From Candidatus Bathyarchaeota archaeon (lineage in GTDB: Archaea; Thermoproteota; Bathyarchaeia; Bathyarchaeales; Bathycorpusculaceae), in assembly GCA_963826715.1 (NCBI GenBank), contig CAWGYA010000008.1, forward strand, positions 1 to 64,000: a stretch of 64,000 nucleotides of DNA, given 5' to 3'. Each line of letters starts with the position of its first letter. Position 1 is the first letter of the stretch. Below the pieces are notes generated by a model. That model had not been told where the DNA came from, did no database searches, and saw nothing but the letters and a program-made list of their open reading frames with translations. The position numbers were made by a program, and so were the translations under genes. Of the stretch, positions 10,325-19,555 are shown in pieces.

Positions 10325-11522
10325 CTCCCTAAAAAACCAAGTTGTAATTGTAACTGGAGCCGGACGAGGAATCGGTTTTGAAGCTGCCAGAGCCTTTGTG
10401 TGGCTTGGAGCTAACGTTGTAATCGCCGAAATCGACGAAAAAACCGGAAAAACAGCAGAAGAACAAATCAACAAAGAATTCGGAGCCGATAATGCATTCT
10501 TTGTAAAAACTGACATCGGCAACAAGAAAGACATCGAAAAATTATCCGAAGCAACCTTAAAAAAATTCGGCAAAGTCGATGTCGTCCTAAATAACGCCAC
10601 AGTCTTCCCCATGGGAACCGTGAAAGATACAACCATCGAAAAATGGGATTTCAGCTACCAAGTAAACCTCCGCGGACCGGTACTTTTAGCAAGAAAATTC
10701 CTGCCAGACATGATCAAGCGTCACTATGGTGTATTTATATGCGTTTCCTCCTCAGGAGCAGCACCATTCATGGGAGCATACGAAGTCTTCAAAACAGCCC
10801 AAATCGAATTAGCAAACACCATCTCCGCAGAACTGGAAGCAACAGGAGTCTACGCCTTCACCATCGGTCCAGGAATTTCTAAAACACCAGGATTCATTGA
10901 AGACGGAGGAAAAGTAGCCTCACTAATGGGCATGAGTTTAGAGGAGTTATTTGAATTAAATAAGAACGCCCAGATTTCACCTGAAGCAGCAGGCGCAGGC
11001 TTTGCCATCGCAGTTGCACTTGCCAAAAAATATAACGGACAAGAAACAAGCTCCATTCAAGTACTAAGAGAGGCAGGAATACCCCTAACAGAACAAGAAC
11101 AACCACAACCTACAGAACAAAAACAAAGCCAACCCAAGGAAGAAAAAATAAAACCAAGTGAAAATAGAAGTGCAACTGAAGTCTACCAAGAAGTGCTAAA
11201 AACCTATATTGAACAATCCGAAGGCTGGAAAAAACGAAACCTATTCGAGCGTCAATGGGTCTCAAGAGACTTCAAAAAAACCGCAGGACTATCAATTGAC
11301 GAAATGCAAACCACCCTCAAAACCTTAGGAGACAAAATAAAAACAAACACTCCAACAACAGAATTCCTCAACCCAATAAACCAGCTCGCAGGATACTATA
11401 GGCATCAACAAGATCAACTCAAAGGATTTGAAAAAAACCCACAAAAACTACAGGAAAACTTGAAAATCATAGATCGATGGATAAAAGACGCCGAAGAACT
11501 AAAAGAAGCTCTAAAAAATTAA
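10293..11522 (+). CDS. Short-chain dehydrogenase/reductase (SDR) with a ~130-aa C-terminal extension
   Basis: TGAGRGIG, NNA and catalytic YxxxK (YEVFK), then a Q/E/P linker and a charged helical tail. Confidence 0.88.
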   Translation: MLMDKSSLFRDSLKNQVVIVTGAGRGIGFEAARAFVWLGANVVIAEIDEKTGKTAEEQINKEFGADNAFFVKTDIGNKKDIEKLSEATLKKFGKVDVVLNNATVFPMGTVKDTTIEKWDFSYQVNLRGPVLLARKFLPDMIKRHYGVFICVSSSGAAPFMGAYEVFKTAQIELANTISAELEATGVYAFTIGPGISKTPGFIEDGGKVASLMGMSLEELFELNKNAQISPEAAGAGFAIAVALAKKYNGQETSSIQVLREAGIPLTEQEQPQPTEQKQSQPKEEKIKPSENRSATEVYQEVLKTYIEQSEGWKKRNLFERQWVSRDFKKTAGLSIDEMQTTLKTLGDKIKTNTPTTEFLNPINQLAGYYRHQQDQLKGFEKNPQKLQENLKIIDRWIKDAEELKEALKN

Positions 11523-11634
11523 GCTTCCAGCTAATTTTCCATTTCCCATGCCTAACACCATTCTAAAAACCGGATTTCATATCAAAAAAAGATAACAACG
11601 CAATTCTAACAAACTCAAAAAACTTTCAAAAAAA

Positions 11635-12643
11635 TCAAATATTAAACCACAAAATTATCCAAATAAGAATAGCCAAAAGCAAGGCAAAAATTGAAATAAA
11701 GTACGCAGAATGCCGACGTGCCTCAGTTCGTTGATAAAATTGACGCGGATGCAACACCTTTCACTCGAAGCATAATCAAGCAGCCTAACTGCAACCCAAC
11801 AAGATAAACGATAGTCAAAATCAACGCACCAAAAAACAAGGCACCATCAAAAAGCGCCAAACCAATTCCAGCAACCGCCGCAGGAGGCAGCAGAGCACTT
11901 GCAACCCCCACACCCACAAGCGTTTCACCCAACGCAGAAACCAAAGCCAAACCCCCCGCTAACCCAATAACAAGCCCAATGCCTACGTCTATAGGTGTTG
12001 TTTGCCCTCGGATAGCAATTTGGTTAGTGATGGGCAAATCTATGAATTGAGAAAAAAGAAAAGTAACCAAGGCAGACAAACCAATAACCGATAATAAAAG
12101 CACAACAATTGATGTCTGAATGCGAACAAGATTTTTGACCCGCCCCAAAGTCGTATTCACAGCAAACGCATTAATCGGTCCAAGCAACGGAGAAAGCAGC
12201 ATTGCACCAATAACAAGTACCGCATTATCCAAAAAAAGCCCTGCAATAGCAACTATAGCGGCAAAGAGAGCCATCGCCAACAAATCTTTGTTAAGTTTTC
12301 GGTACTTCTCAGAAGACTCAACCAACCTCTCAAAAGGGTTCGGGGCAGGGCACTCCTTAATCACTTTATCTTTTAATCTATCAGCATGGGTGGAAACCTG
12401 AGCTTCAACACCATAAATTGCAATAGTATTCTCCTTTAAACGCAAATCAATTTTATTTCTAACTTCCTCTATAATAAAATCAACAAATTGATCAGGCAAA
12501 AGAGCTGAAAAAAACACACAACGCTCAGCATCAACGTTAACCGAAGAACTCGTGAACAACACATCATTTTTCCTAAAGAGCTCCTCAAGTTCAGAAGACT
12601 TATCTAATGTCGTGGTTACTTCAATTTTTTTCAAGCAAAACAC
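11635..12643 (-). CDS. TIGR00341/DUF389 family membrane protein, frameshift near the 3' end
   Basis: Motifs VIGAMLLSPLLGP and VGVGVASALLPP. The ORF track ends at 11723, but shifting one base near 11751 gives HPRQFYQRTEARRHSAYFISIFALLLAILIWIILWFNI*, a final TM helix with its stop at 11635. Confidence 0.85.
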
Positions 12644-12721
12644 AAACTAATAATTTTCAAGATAGATACACATAATAAATCTTGCTCTGCCCATAGGACC
12701 AAAAAAATGAGCAGTATATAG

Positions 12722-13006
12722 TTACCAACACAAATGGTAGAATAGACATGTCACTACTTTAGATTTTTCTTCCGACGCATGAACCGTTTCAATGTGACCC
12801 TTGAGTTCTTCTTTGCTGTTGAAAACTTTTCCACACATTGAACACTTGTACTTGCGAGTGCGTTCATCATCTCCAGCGGTAGGTTCACCCGGTATAGGTA
12901 TATTCGGAGGAGGGCGCCCCGGATTATCAGGTGAGGTAGGCATGGGAGGCATAGGCAAAGGAGGTATGCTTTGGTCTTTAAAGCTCTTAGAACTCAAATT
13001 TATCAC
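12722..13006 (-). CDS. Small Pro-rich C2H2 zinc-finger protein
   Basis: YKCSMCGKVFNSKEELKGHIETVH is a C2H2 finger. Pro-rich N-terminus; start uncertain. Confidence 0.75.
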   Translation of the reverse strand: MINLSSKSFKDQSIPPLPMPPMPTSPDNPGRPPPNIPIPGEPTAGDDERTRKYKCSMCGKVFNSKEELKGHIETVHASEEKSKVVTCLFYHLCW

Positions 13007-13028
13007 AACAAAGATAACTGAAAGTAGA

Positions 13029-13064
13029 CTCTTAAGAGTATGTGGTTGCTTTCCGGAACCAACA
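13029..13064 (-). promoter_or_regulatory. Palindromic motif plus TATA upstream of the C2H2 gene
   Basis: On the - strand: TGTTGGT-N10-AACCACA, TACT, CTTAAGAG. The same arrangement occurs at three neighbouring promoters. Confidence 0.55.
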
Positions 13065-13264
13065 ACATAAACCTAAACAGTAAACATCTGCAGCCAAAAA
13101 GCGCACATACAACAGACCAAAACAGAATTGGGTTTCTCCCTAATCATTTAGCCTGCACCTAAGTCAACTACTCTCCTCCAAAAAACAAACTGATAATTAA
13201 AAAACAATTTATGAATTTGATTCATCATTTAATTTACAAAAAAAACCAAACAAATCAGTACTAA

Positions 13265-13400
13265 AAGAAAAAAATTAAGTAAGGCAAACCAAGCCATGCG
13301 TTACCCAAGAAGGGGTCAAAAGAGAGGTAGGGTGGGCAAATACCGCCTTCGTTGGTTAACAGCCTGATTGCCTAACTGTAGCTATACCTCGGCACTCCAA
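13265..13400 (-). ncRNA. Candidate structured small RNA (long imperfect hairpin)
   Basis: GC-richer patch in an AT-rich spacer. Arms 13278-13316 and 13342-13377 pair, and two mismatches are G-U pairs only on the - strand. TATA at 13422-13429 upstream and a T-run at 13268-13274 downstream. Confidence 0.55.
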
Positions 13401-13421
13401 ACTATCCATAAGTTGTTTATT

Positions 13422-13456
13422 GATATAAGGAAATGTGGTTTCAACATGATACAACA
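13422..13456 (-). promoter_or_regulatory. Palindromic motif plus TATA upstream of the candidate sRNA
   Basis: On the - strand: TGTTGTA-N9-AACCACA, TTTC, CTTATATC. Confidence 0.55.
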
Positions 13457-13635
13457 AAAAATAAAATATTAAAAACAAATAAATGCACAAAACAACTCAA
13501 CTTCTATAACAACACCAATTTAACCCCAAAATCTCATCAGTAATTCTACAACATCAAATTCACAGAGAGAATAGTTAAACTTCTTTGTAAATAAAAAAGT
13601 ATCAAAAAACAAACACTTTTAGCTTATTAAAAAAA

Positions 13636-13974
13636 TCAAAGAGATGTCTTAAACTCAAGGATCCGTCTTTCAACAATCCTTAAAATTTCCCTTCGTAACT
13701 TATCCCCAGAATCTTCCGTTTTTATGTAGCATAATCTGTTAGCCAACTCTTTGTCCTTTAAGACATCGCGGACCCATTTCTGAAAATCACCTCGAGGATA
13801 ATGAAAATCAATGACTGCCCCGTCAACTTGAAGTAGCTTCTCAGCAAAATCCTCCAAGCTAATTGCAGTTACATTTGTATCTTGACCTTCAGCCCTATGA
13901 AAATGAAAGCCCTTTTCCTTTGGAACCTTAGACAAAATATTAGCGATTTCATCCTTTGAAAGTACACGACTCAT
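13636..13974 (-). CDS. DUF5752 family protein
   Basis: Motifs VPKEKGFHF, AISLEDF, IDFHYPRGDFQKWV and DKELA, typical of DUF5752. Confidence 0.8.
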   Translation of the reverse strand: MSRVLSKDEIANILSKVPKEKGFHFHRAEGQDTNVTAISLEDFAEKLLQVDGAVIDFHYPRGDFQKWVRDVLKDKELANRLCYIKTEDSGDKLRREILRIVERRILEFKTSL

Positions 13975-14009
13975 AGAAAACCCCTGGCACGTCTAAAATA
14001 CAATAGTTT

Positions 14010-14046
14010 GCATATAGTGGTATGTGACTGTAACCCCGCAACCACA
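14010..14046 (-). promoter_or_regulatory. Palindromic motif plus TATA upstream of the DUF5752 gene
   Basis: On the - strand: TGTGGTT-N10-AGTCACA, TACCA, CTATATGC. Confidence 0.55.
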
Positions 14047-14060
14047 AGGAAAACTCAAAG

Positions 14061-14312
14061 CTAATAATGCATGCTATTTGAAGTGTCATTAATCATAAGG
14101 GTTAAGGCGCTAGTGACACCTGAAACTTGCTTTAGCTTAATTTTAGATATGTTTTTAATTTCATCTAAAGACGCAGCTTTAATTTTAACTAAAAAATCGT
14201 AGACCCCACATAACTCATGAGCTTCCTCAACACCAGTTACAAGCTTCAAGTTTTCTAAGACCTTATTTTGGGAATTTAAATCTGTATTTAACAAAACAAC
14301 AGCGGATATCAC
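14061..14312 (-). CDS. Stand-alone Lrp/AsnC ligand-binding (RAM) domain protein
   Basis: AVVLLN...GVEEAHELCGVYDFLVKI...GVTSALTL, with no HTH. GAGG RBS upstream. Confidence 0.85.
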   Translation of the reverse strand: MISAVVLLNTDLNSQNKVLENLKLVTGVEEAHELCGVYDFLVKIKAASLDEIKNISKIKLKQVSGVTSALTLMINDTSNSMHY

Positions 14313-14351
14313 ATTCTAAACCTCAACATTAAGCGACTAACCCCTAACGCG

Positions 14352-14387
14352 TAATTAAAACTGTGTTGTTGCTTAGGTGAAACCACA
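14352..14387 (-). promoter_or_regulatory. Palindromic motif plus TATA upstream of the Lrp/AsnC gene
   Basis: On the - strand: TGTGGTT-N10-AACAACA, CAGT, TTTAATTA. Confidence 0.55.
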
Positions 14388-14644
14388 AACTGCAACATAT
14401 AAAAAATGAAAAAGGACACTTCCGTTACATCCCAAACCAAGGATAGCCAAAACCATTCCCGAGACTGGCAAACTAATTAAAAAATCAAGATTCCACCATC
14501 ATCAAATAAGTGGAAAGAAAGAGGAATAAACTTGACTAACAACTGATTTGAATCCTAAAATTTTTGTTTTCTAAATTTCATCCTTAGGGAATTGATATAA
14601 ACCAGCATTCTTCAGTATTAATTACCTCCCGGAGATTCTTCCAA

Positions 14645-15658
14645 ATGATAGGCAAAAAAACATTATTACTTGCTACTGTATTGCTGATCGCCGTAATCGT
14701 AATAAGCTCATTTATTTACATCAATTCCCAAAAACCCTACTCTGGAAAAACAGAGACCATTAACGTAGCATATTCACCATTTGAATCGCTAACACTTTTT
14801 TGGGTTGCAGAAAACCAGAATTTCTTCAGCCAAAACGGCTTAAATGTAAACTCACATAAATACAATACAGGATCAGAAGCACTAGGCGGAGTACTAAATG
14901 GACAAGAAGACATTGTAGTAGGAACAACCGAGTTTCCATTAACATCAAACATTTTAAAAGGAGCAAAAATTTCTACAATCAGCAGCATAGCAAAATCTGA
15001 ATTCATATACCTCGTCGCCCGAGCAGACCGAAGAATCACCCAAATTTCAGACCTAGAAGGCAAAACAATCGGAACAACATTTGGGACCATCGCACACTTC
15101 TACTTAGGTAGATTCCTTGAATTAAACAACATAAACATTCAAAACGTAAGCCTCGTTGACCTCAAAACACCAACAGAATGGGTCGATGCAATAGTAAACG
15201 GCTCCATAGACGCCATCGCCACCGCCCAACCATACGTAGAAACGGCAAAAAACAAATTAGGAGACAACGCTATAGTTTGGTCAATTCAAAGCAGCCAACT
15301 TTTGTATGCTGAAGCAATTGCAACCGATACCTGGATATCAAACCACCCTGAATTGGTAACCAGATTTCTCAGATCTCTTTTGCAAGCAGAGAATTTTGCA
15401 ATAGAACACCCAGCCCAAGCAAAAGCAATAATAAAAAACCAACTTGACCTAACAGACGCATATGCAGACCAAGTATGGATGCAAAACCAATTCGCCCTCT
15501 CACTTGACCAATCACTAATAGTTGCAATGCAAGATGAATCGCGTTGGCTAATGCAAAATAATCTAACCAGCACAACAACTGTCCCGAGTTTCCAAAATAG
15601 CATATATGTCAATGGACTAATGTCGGTTAAACCTGAAGCTGTAAACATAATAAGCTGA
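14645..15658 (+). CDS. NrtA/SsuA/NMT1-type solute-binding protein, membrane anchored
   Basis: N-terminal TM helix, then FFSQNGLNV, ISDLEGKTIG, NGSIDA and HPELVTRFLRSL. Confidence 0.88.
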   Translation: MIGKKTLLLATVLLIAVIVISSFIYINSQKPYSGKTETINVAYSPFESLTLFWVAENQNFFSQNGLNVNSHKYNTGSEALGGVLNGQEDIVVGTTEFPLTSNILKGAKISTISSIAKSEFIYLVARADRRITQISDLEGKTIGTTFGTIAHFYLGRFLELNNINIQNVSLVDLKTPTEWVDAIVNGSIDAIATAQPYVETAKNKLGDNAIVWSIQSSQLLYAEAIATDTWISNHPELVTRFLRSLLQAENFAIEHPAQAKAIIKNQLDLTDAYADQVWMQNQFALSLDQSLIVAMQDESRWLMQNNLTSTTTVPSFQNSIYVNGLMSVKPEAVNIIS

Positions 15659-15665
15659 GATAAAA

Positions 15666-17891
15666 ATGAAGCTAAAAAGTCAACTAATCATCAGCATCAT
15701 CATCTTTGGACTAGTAGTGCTAATTGTTTCCGGTTCAATTGTATTCACAGACCAACAAATAGCACAGATTCGCAATCAAGAACAGATAGCAAATGATCTC
15801 AGTGCGGGAGCTAGCAGCCTTGCATACATATCTAATGATTACTTCCTCTATCAACAAATAAATCAAGAAAATCTATGGCAACAACAAATATCCGCCCTAT
15901 CAAATGATCTTGCAAAACTAAACCCCAACGGTGCCCAACAACAGATACTAATAAACAACGTAGGCGCAGATTTACAGCGTTTGGGCACAATATTCAATAA
16001 TTCAGTGGCACTTGTCGGGAATATACCCCAGAATGATACAGGCCAAGTTCCTACAGAATTGAAAACTGTATCTAGCAGATTAGCAGTGCAAAACCAAGCA
16101 CTAGCCTTCGACGCTTCAATTTTGTCAACATCTTTTGAAGAACAAGCAGACCGACTTAAGCAAACAAACAGTATACTCATTTTTACTTTACTAGGTGCAT
16201 TTGGAGCATATTTTGCAACATTATATTTTGTTGTTTTCAGACGTACCTTTGGATCAATCGCAAAACTCCAAAAAGGCACAAAAATACTAGGTTCAGGCAA
16301 CCTTGACTACTCAATTACAATAGAGAGTAAAGATGAAATCGGCCAATTATCCCACGCTTTTAATCAAATGGCGTCTAACCTCAAAACCATGACAGCTTCA
16401 AAGACAGAATTAGAACAAGAAATTATAGAACGAAAAAGAGCAGAAAAAGAAATTGAAAACATCGCAAAGTTCCCCGCTGAAAACCCTAATCCAGTATTGC
16501 GCATTGACAACAAAGGCAAAATTCTATATAGCAACGAAAACGCAGCTCTTTTCTTAGATGCATGGAAAACTAAAGTCACCGAACAAGCACCAGAACACAT
16601 AAAAAAATTGGTAGCAAAAACCTTAGAAAATAAAGAAAGAACTGAAATTGAAGAACAACACGAAGACAAGACCTTTTTACTTTTCTTCTCACCAATACCT
16701 TCGCAAAACTATACAAACATTTACGCAGTTAACATTTCAAAACTCAAAACAGCAGAAGAAGAATTAAAAAGAAGCGAACAGCGCTGGGCAACAACCCTAT
16801 CAAGCATCGGCGATTCTGTTATTGCCACCAACCTAAATGGCGAGATAACATTCATGAACAAAGTCGCAGAGCAATTAACAGGTTGGACACTAAGCGAAGC
16901 CTTAGGAACGCAGCTAAAGGAGGTATTCCACATAGTCAATGAACAAACTCGCATGGATGTGGAGAGTCCAGTTGCCAAAGTCCTTGAGAAAGGAATAATT
17001 GTTGGGTTAGCTAACCACACGATTTTAATTAGAAGAGACGGCGGTGAAAGCCCTATTGATGACAGTGCTGCTCCTGTAAAAGACGAAAACGGCAAGGTAA
17101 CAGGGGTTGTGCTTGTGTTCCACGACATAACCAACCGCAAAATTCTAGAAAATAAAGTGAAAAGCCACGCCAAAAACTTGGAAAAAATTATAGAAGAACG
17201 CACAAAACAACTAAAAGACTCAGAAAGATTAGCCACCATCGGTGCAACCGCAGGCATGGTGGGACATGACATAAGAAATCCACTACAAGCAATAACCGGC
17301 GATGTTTTCCTATTAAAAACTGATGTAAAAACGATCCCCGAAGGGGAAACACGAGAAAGCGCGTTGGAAAGTTTGGAAGGCATTGAAAAAAATATTGACT
17401 ATATTAACAAAATCGTGCAAGACCTTCAAGATTATGCTAGACCCCTAAACCCGCAGTTTGAAGAAACAAACTTAACAACAGTAATTAAAAAGTTTTTAAG
17501 CAAAAAAGATATTCCAGAAAACATTAAAGCAACTATCAAAGTGGAAAATGTTGCTACCAAAATCAACGCGGACCCTCACTTCATAAATCGAATAATGTAC
17601 AATTTAATCACTAATTCCGTTCAGGCAATGCCAACCGGAGGAAGACTAACCATAAAAGCCTTCAAAGAAGAAAAAGACATTGTTATAACCGTTAGAGATA
17701 CCGGTATCGGAATTCCAAAGGACATACAACAAAAAATGTTCACACCAATGTTTACCACTAAATCTAAAGGCCAAGGCTTTGGTTTGCCAGTAGTTAAACG
17801 AATGACTGAAGCCTTAGGCGGCCAAGTAACTTTTGAAAGCAAAGAAAGCAAGGGCACAAAATTCACACTACGCTTCCCCCAAAAAAACTAA
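15666..17891 (+). CDS. Membrane sensor histidine kinase (TM-sensor-TM-HAMP-PAS-PAS-HisKA-HATPase)
   Basis: HAMP DEIGQLSHAFNQM; PAS domains ENPNPVL and SIGDSVI...FHDIT; H-box GHDIRNPL; N-box NLITNS; DTGIG; GQGFGL. Confidence 0.93.
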   Translation: MKLKSQLIISIIIFGLVVLIVSGSIVFTDQQIAQIRNQEQIANDLSAGASSLAYISNDYFLYQQINQENLWQQQISALSNDLAKLNPNGAQQQILINNVGADLQRLGTIFNNSVALVGNIPQNDTGQVPTELKTVSSRLAVQNQALAFDASILSTSFEEQADRLKQTNSILIFTLLGAFGAYFATLYFVVFRRTFGSIAKLQKGTKILGSGNLDYSITIESKDEIGQLSHAFNQMASNLKTMTASKTELEQEIIERKRAEKEIENIAKFPAENPNPVLRIDNKGKILYSNENAALFLDAWKTKVTEQAPEHIKKLVAKTLENKERTEIEEQHEDKTFLLFFSPIPSQNYTNIYAVNISKLKTAEEELKRSEQRWATTLSSIGDSVIATNLNGEITFMNKVAEQLTGWTLSEALGTQLKEVFHIVNEQTRMDVESPVAKVLEKGIIVGLANHTILIRRDGGESPIDDSAAPVKDENGKVTGVVLVFHDITNRKILENKVKSHAKNLEKIIEERTKQLKDSERLATIGATAGMVGHDIRNPLQAITGDVFLLKTDVKTIPEGETRESALESLEGIEKNIDYINKIVQDLQDYARPLNPQFEETNLTTVIKKFLSKKDIPENIKATIKVENVATKINADPHFINRIMYNLITNSVQAMPTGGRLTIKAFKEEKDIVITVRDTGIGIPKDIQQKMFTPMFTTKSKGQGFGLPVVKRMTEALGGQVTFESKESKGTKFTLRFPQKN

Positions 17892-18285
17892 ACAACCCCA
17901 ATTGGAACAAAAACAGTTGCAGTAGAAAAGAAAAAGGCAACCGATATCGCGGTCGCTATAAGAGTCATCATTCCAGGCTGGAGTTTTCTTAATTCCTGCT
18001 TTAGCCCTGTAAGAAAAGGCCAACCACCGTAGACGTAGATAATTGTGGCTAAATCAGAAGAATATACGGTTGATAGGGAATTGTAGGGGCATAGTTAAAC
18101 CATGTTTGAATCGCTTGAGAGAGAAGCAGAACAGGTAGGGTTAAAGCAGGGCAAACAAAAAATCGTTTCTTGAACATGCCTGTATGCATCGCATGCATGG
18201 AGGCACCATGCTGCATTCCCTGCATGTTTTTCATTGGCATCTCATGTTTCATTCCTGAGTGCATACTATGATTTTCTTTTTTCAA
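17888..18285 (-). pseudogene. copB: 5' remnant of a CopB-type Cu-transporting P1B ATPase
   Basis: His/Met-rich N-terminus and FKKRFFV...TLPVLLLS. After a frameshift near 18051 it reads LATIIYVYGGWPFLTG...QPGMMTLIA..., then stops at 17888 against the kinase stop codon. The rest of the ATPase is absent. Confidence 0.85.
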
Positions 18286-18511
18286 ATCAGTCCCTTCTCT
18301 GAGTTAAAAGGAAAACGAATTTTTAACAAAATCAAACGTTAATAATTAATTTAGAGAGCTAAATTTGATTTAACCTTTTAGTCTGTCTGCCTCAGGTAAT
18401 CTTAGTTTTTACTTATATAATCAAGAATGTTAAACCACTTTGTTTGCTTAAGCTGTAGCTGTTGTTTCGTTCATTTAAAAATGTCTGTTTTAACCACAAT
18501 ACTTTTAAGCC

Positions 18512-18531
18512 ATATTAGAATATTATAATAT
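18512..18531. promoter_or_regulatory. 20-bp palindrome ATATTAGAAT-ATTATAATAT, candidate ArsR operator
   Basis: 9/10 inverted repeat between the divergent copB remnant and 18701. Related copies at 18649-18668 and 19565-19584. Confidence 0.55.
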
Positions 18532-18606
18532 ACAATAAGGTGAAATATTAATGGAAAAAGCACACAAAATAAGCTTCAAAAAGGGCAGTTCCACAATTTC
18601 AAGAGT

Positions 18607-18635
18607 TGTTTCAAATCTGTTTCACTATTGTTTCA
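18607..18635. repeat. Three TGTTTCA direct repeats with an 11-bp period
   Basis: Exact copies start at 18607, 18618 and 18629. Confidence 0.6.
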
Positions 18636-18700
18636 CCCAACTAACTAATCATTCGAATATCATTATATTAGGTATAGCAAAATTGGAGGTGAACTAAAAA

Positions 18701-19504
18701 ATGAAAACTCTGAAAATTGCAACAATCATTGGAGTAACAATCCTTGCAGCCACACTCTTAATTTCCACAGCAGCAGCCGCTTGCGGACCATGGGGCGGTG
18801 CCTTTGGCTACGGCGGCGGAATCATGAGCGGAAACGCCTATGGCTACAATTACAACACACCCTACACAAATCAACCCACCACAGCAACACCAGAAACCCA
18901 GTACTATCAACCAGTCTTTCCATTCATGTTCGGTGGAGGATGCTTTGGAGGATTCGGTTGGAATGGACCCTACACCAATGCAGTCCCCTACAATAGCGAA
19001 AATCCAATAGACATTGCAACCGCAGGCACCATAGCTCAAAACTACGTCACTGCACTCAACAATCCAGACTTAACCGTGAATCATATCGAAGAATACACAG
19101 CAAACTTCTACGTCCAAGTTAACGAGCAGAGCACTGGCAACGGAGCATTCGAACTCCTAATCAACAAATACACTGGCAGCATCTACCCAGAAATGGGTCC
19201 CAACATGATGTGGAATATAAAATACGGCATGATGCGAGGAGGAATCTTGGGCGGAATCTTTGGAAGTCCAACAGCAACAATGCCCGTGACAGTAACCCAA
19301 GCACAAACTGATGCACAGCAATATCTAACCACATACATACCTGGCGCAACAACAGGCGACATAACCACATTCTACGGATACTACACAATCGAAGTACTAA
19401 ACAACGGAAACACCTACGGCATGCTAAGCGTCAATGGTTACACTGGGCAAGTGTGGTTCCACACATGGCACGGAACATTCGTTCAAGAACTCCAAGTTAG
19501 CTAA
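18701..19504 (+). CDS. Secreted Gly/Met/Tyr-rich protein with two PepSY-like repeats
   Basis: Signal peptide and GGAGGTGA RBS. Motifs FELLINKYTG, PEMGPNMMWN, FYGYYT, GMLSVNGYTGQVWFHTWHG. Confidence 0.8.
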   Translation: MKTLKIATIIGVTILAATLLISTAAAACGPWGGAFGYGGGIMSGNAYGYNYNTPYTNQPTTATPETQYYQPVFPFMFGGGCFGGFGWNGPYTNAVPYNSENPIDIATAGTIAQNYVTALNNPDLTVNHIEEYTANFYVQVNEQSTGNGAFELLINKYTGSIYPEMGPNMMWNIKYGMMRGGILGGIFGSPTATMPVTVTQAQTDAQQYLTTYIPGATTGDITTFYGYYTIEVLNNGNTYGMLSVNGYTGQVWFHTWHGTFVQELQVS

Positions 19505-19555
19505 AACCCTTTCTTTTCCCTTTTTTACAGAAAATTTAGTGACAAAAATTGAGAG

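Noticed and set aside
18551-18697. 48-codon ORF (MEKAHKISFKKG...) with a GGTGA RBS
   Set aside because: Runs through the repeat, operator and promoter region of 18701 and has no recognisable protein features.
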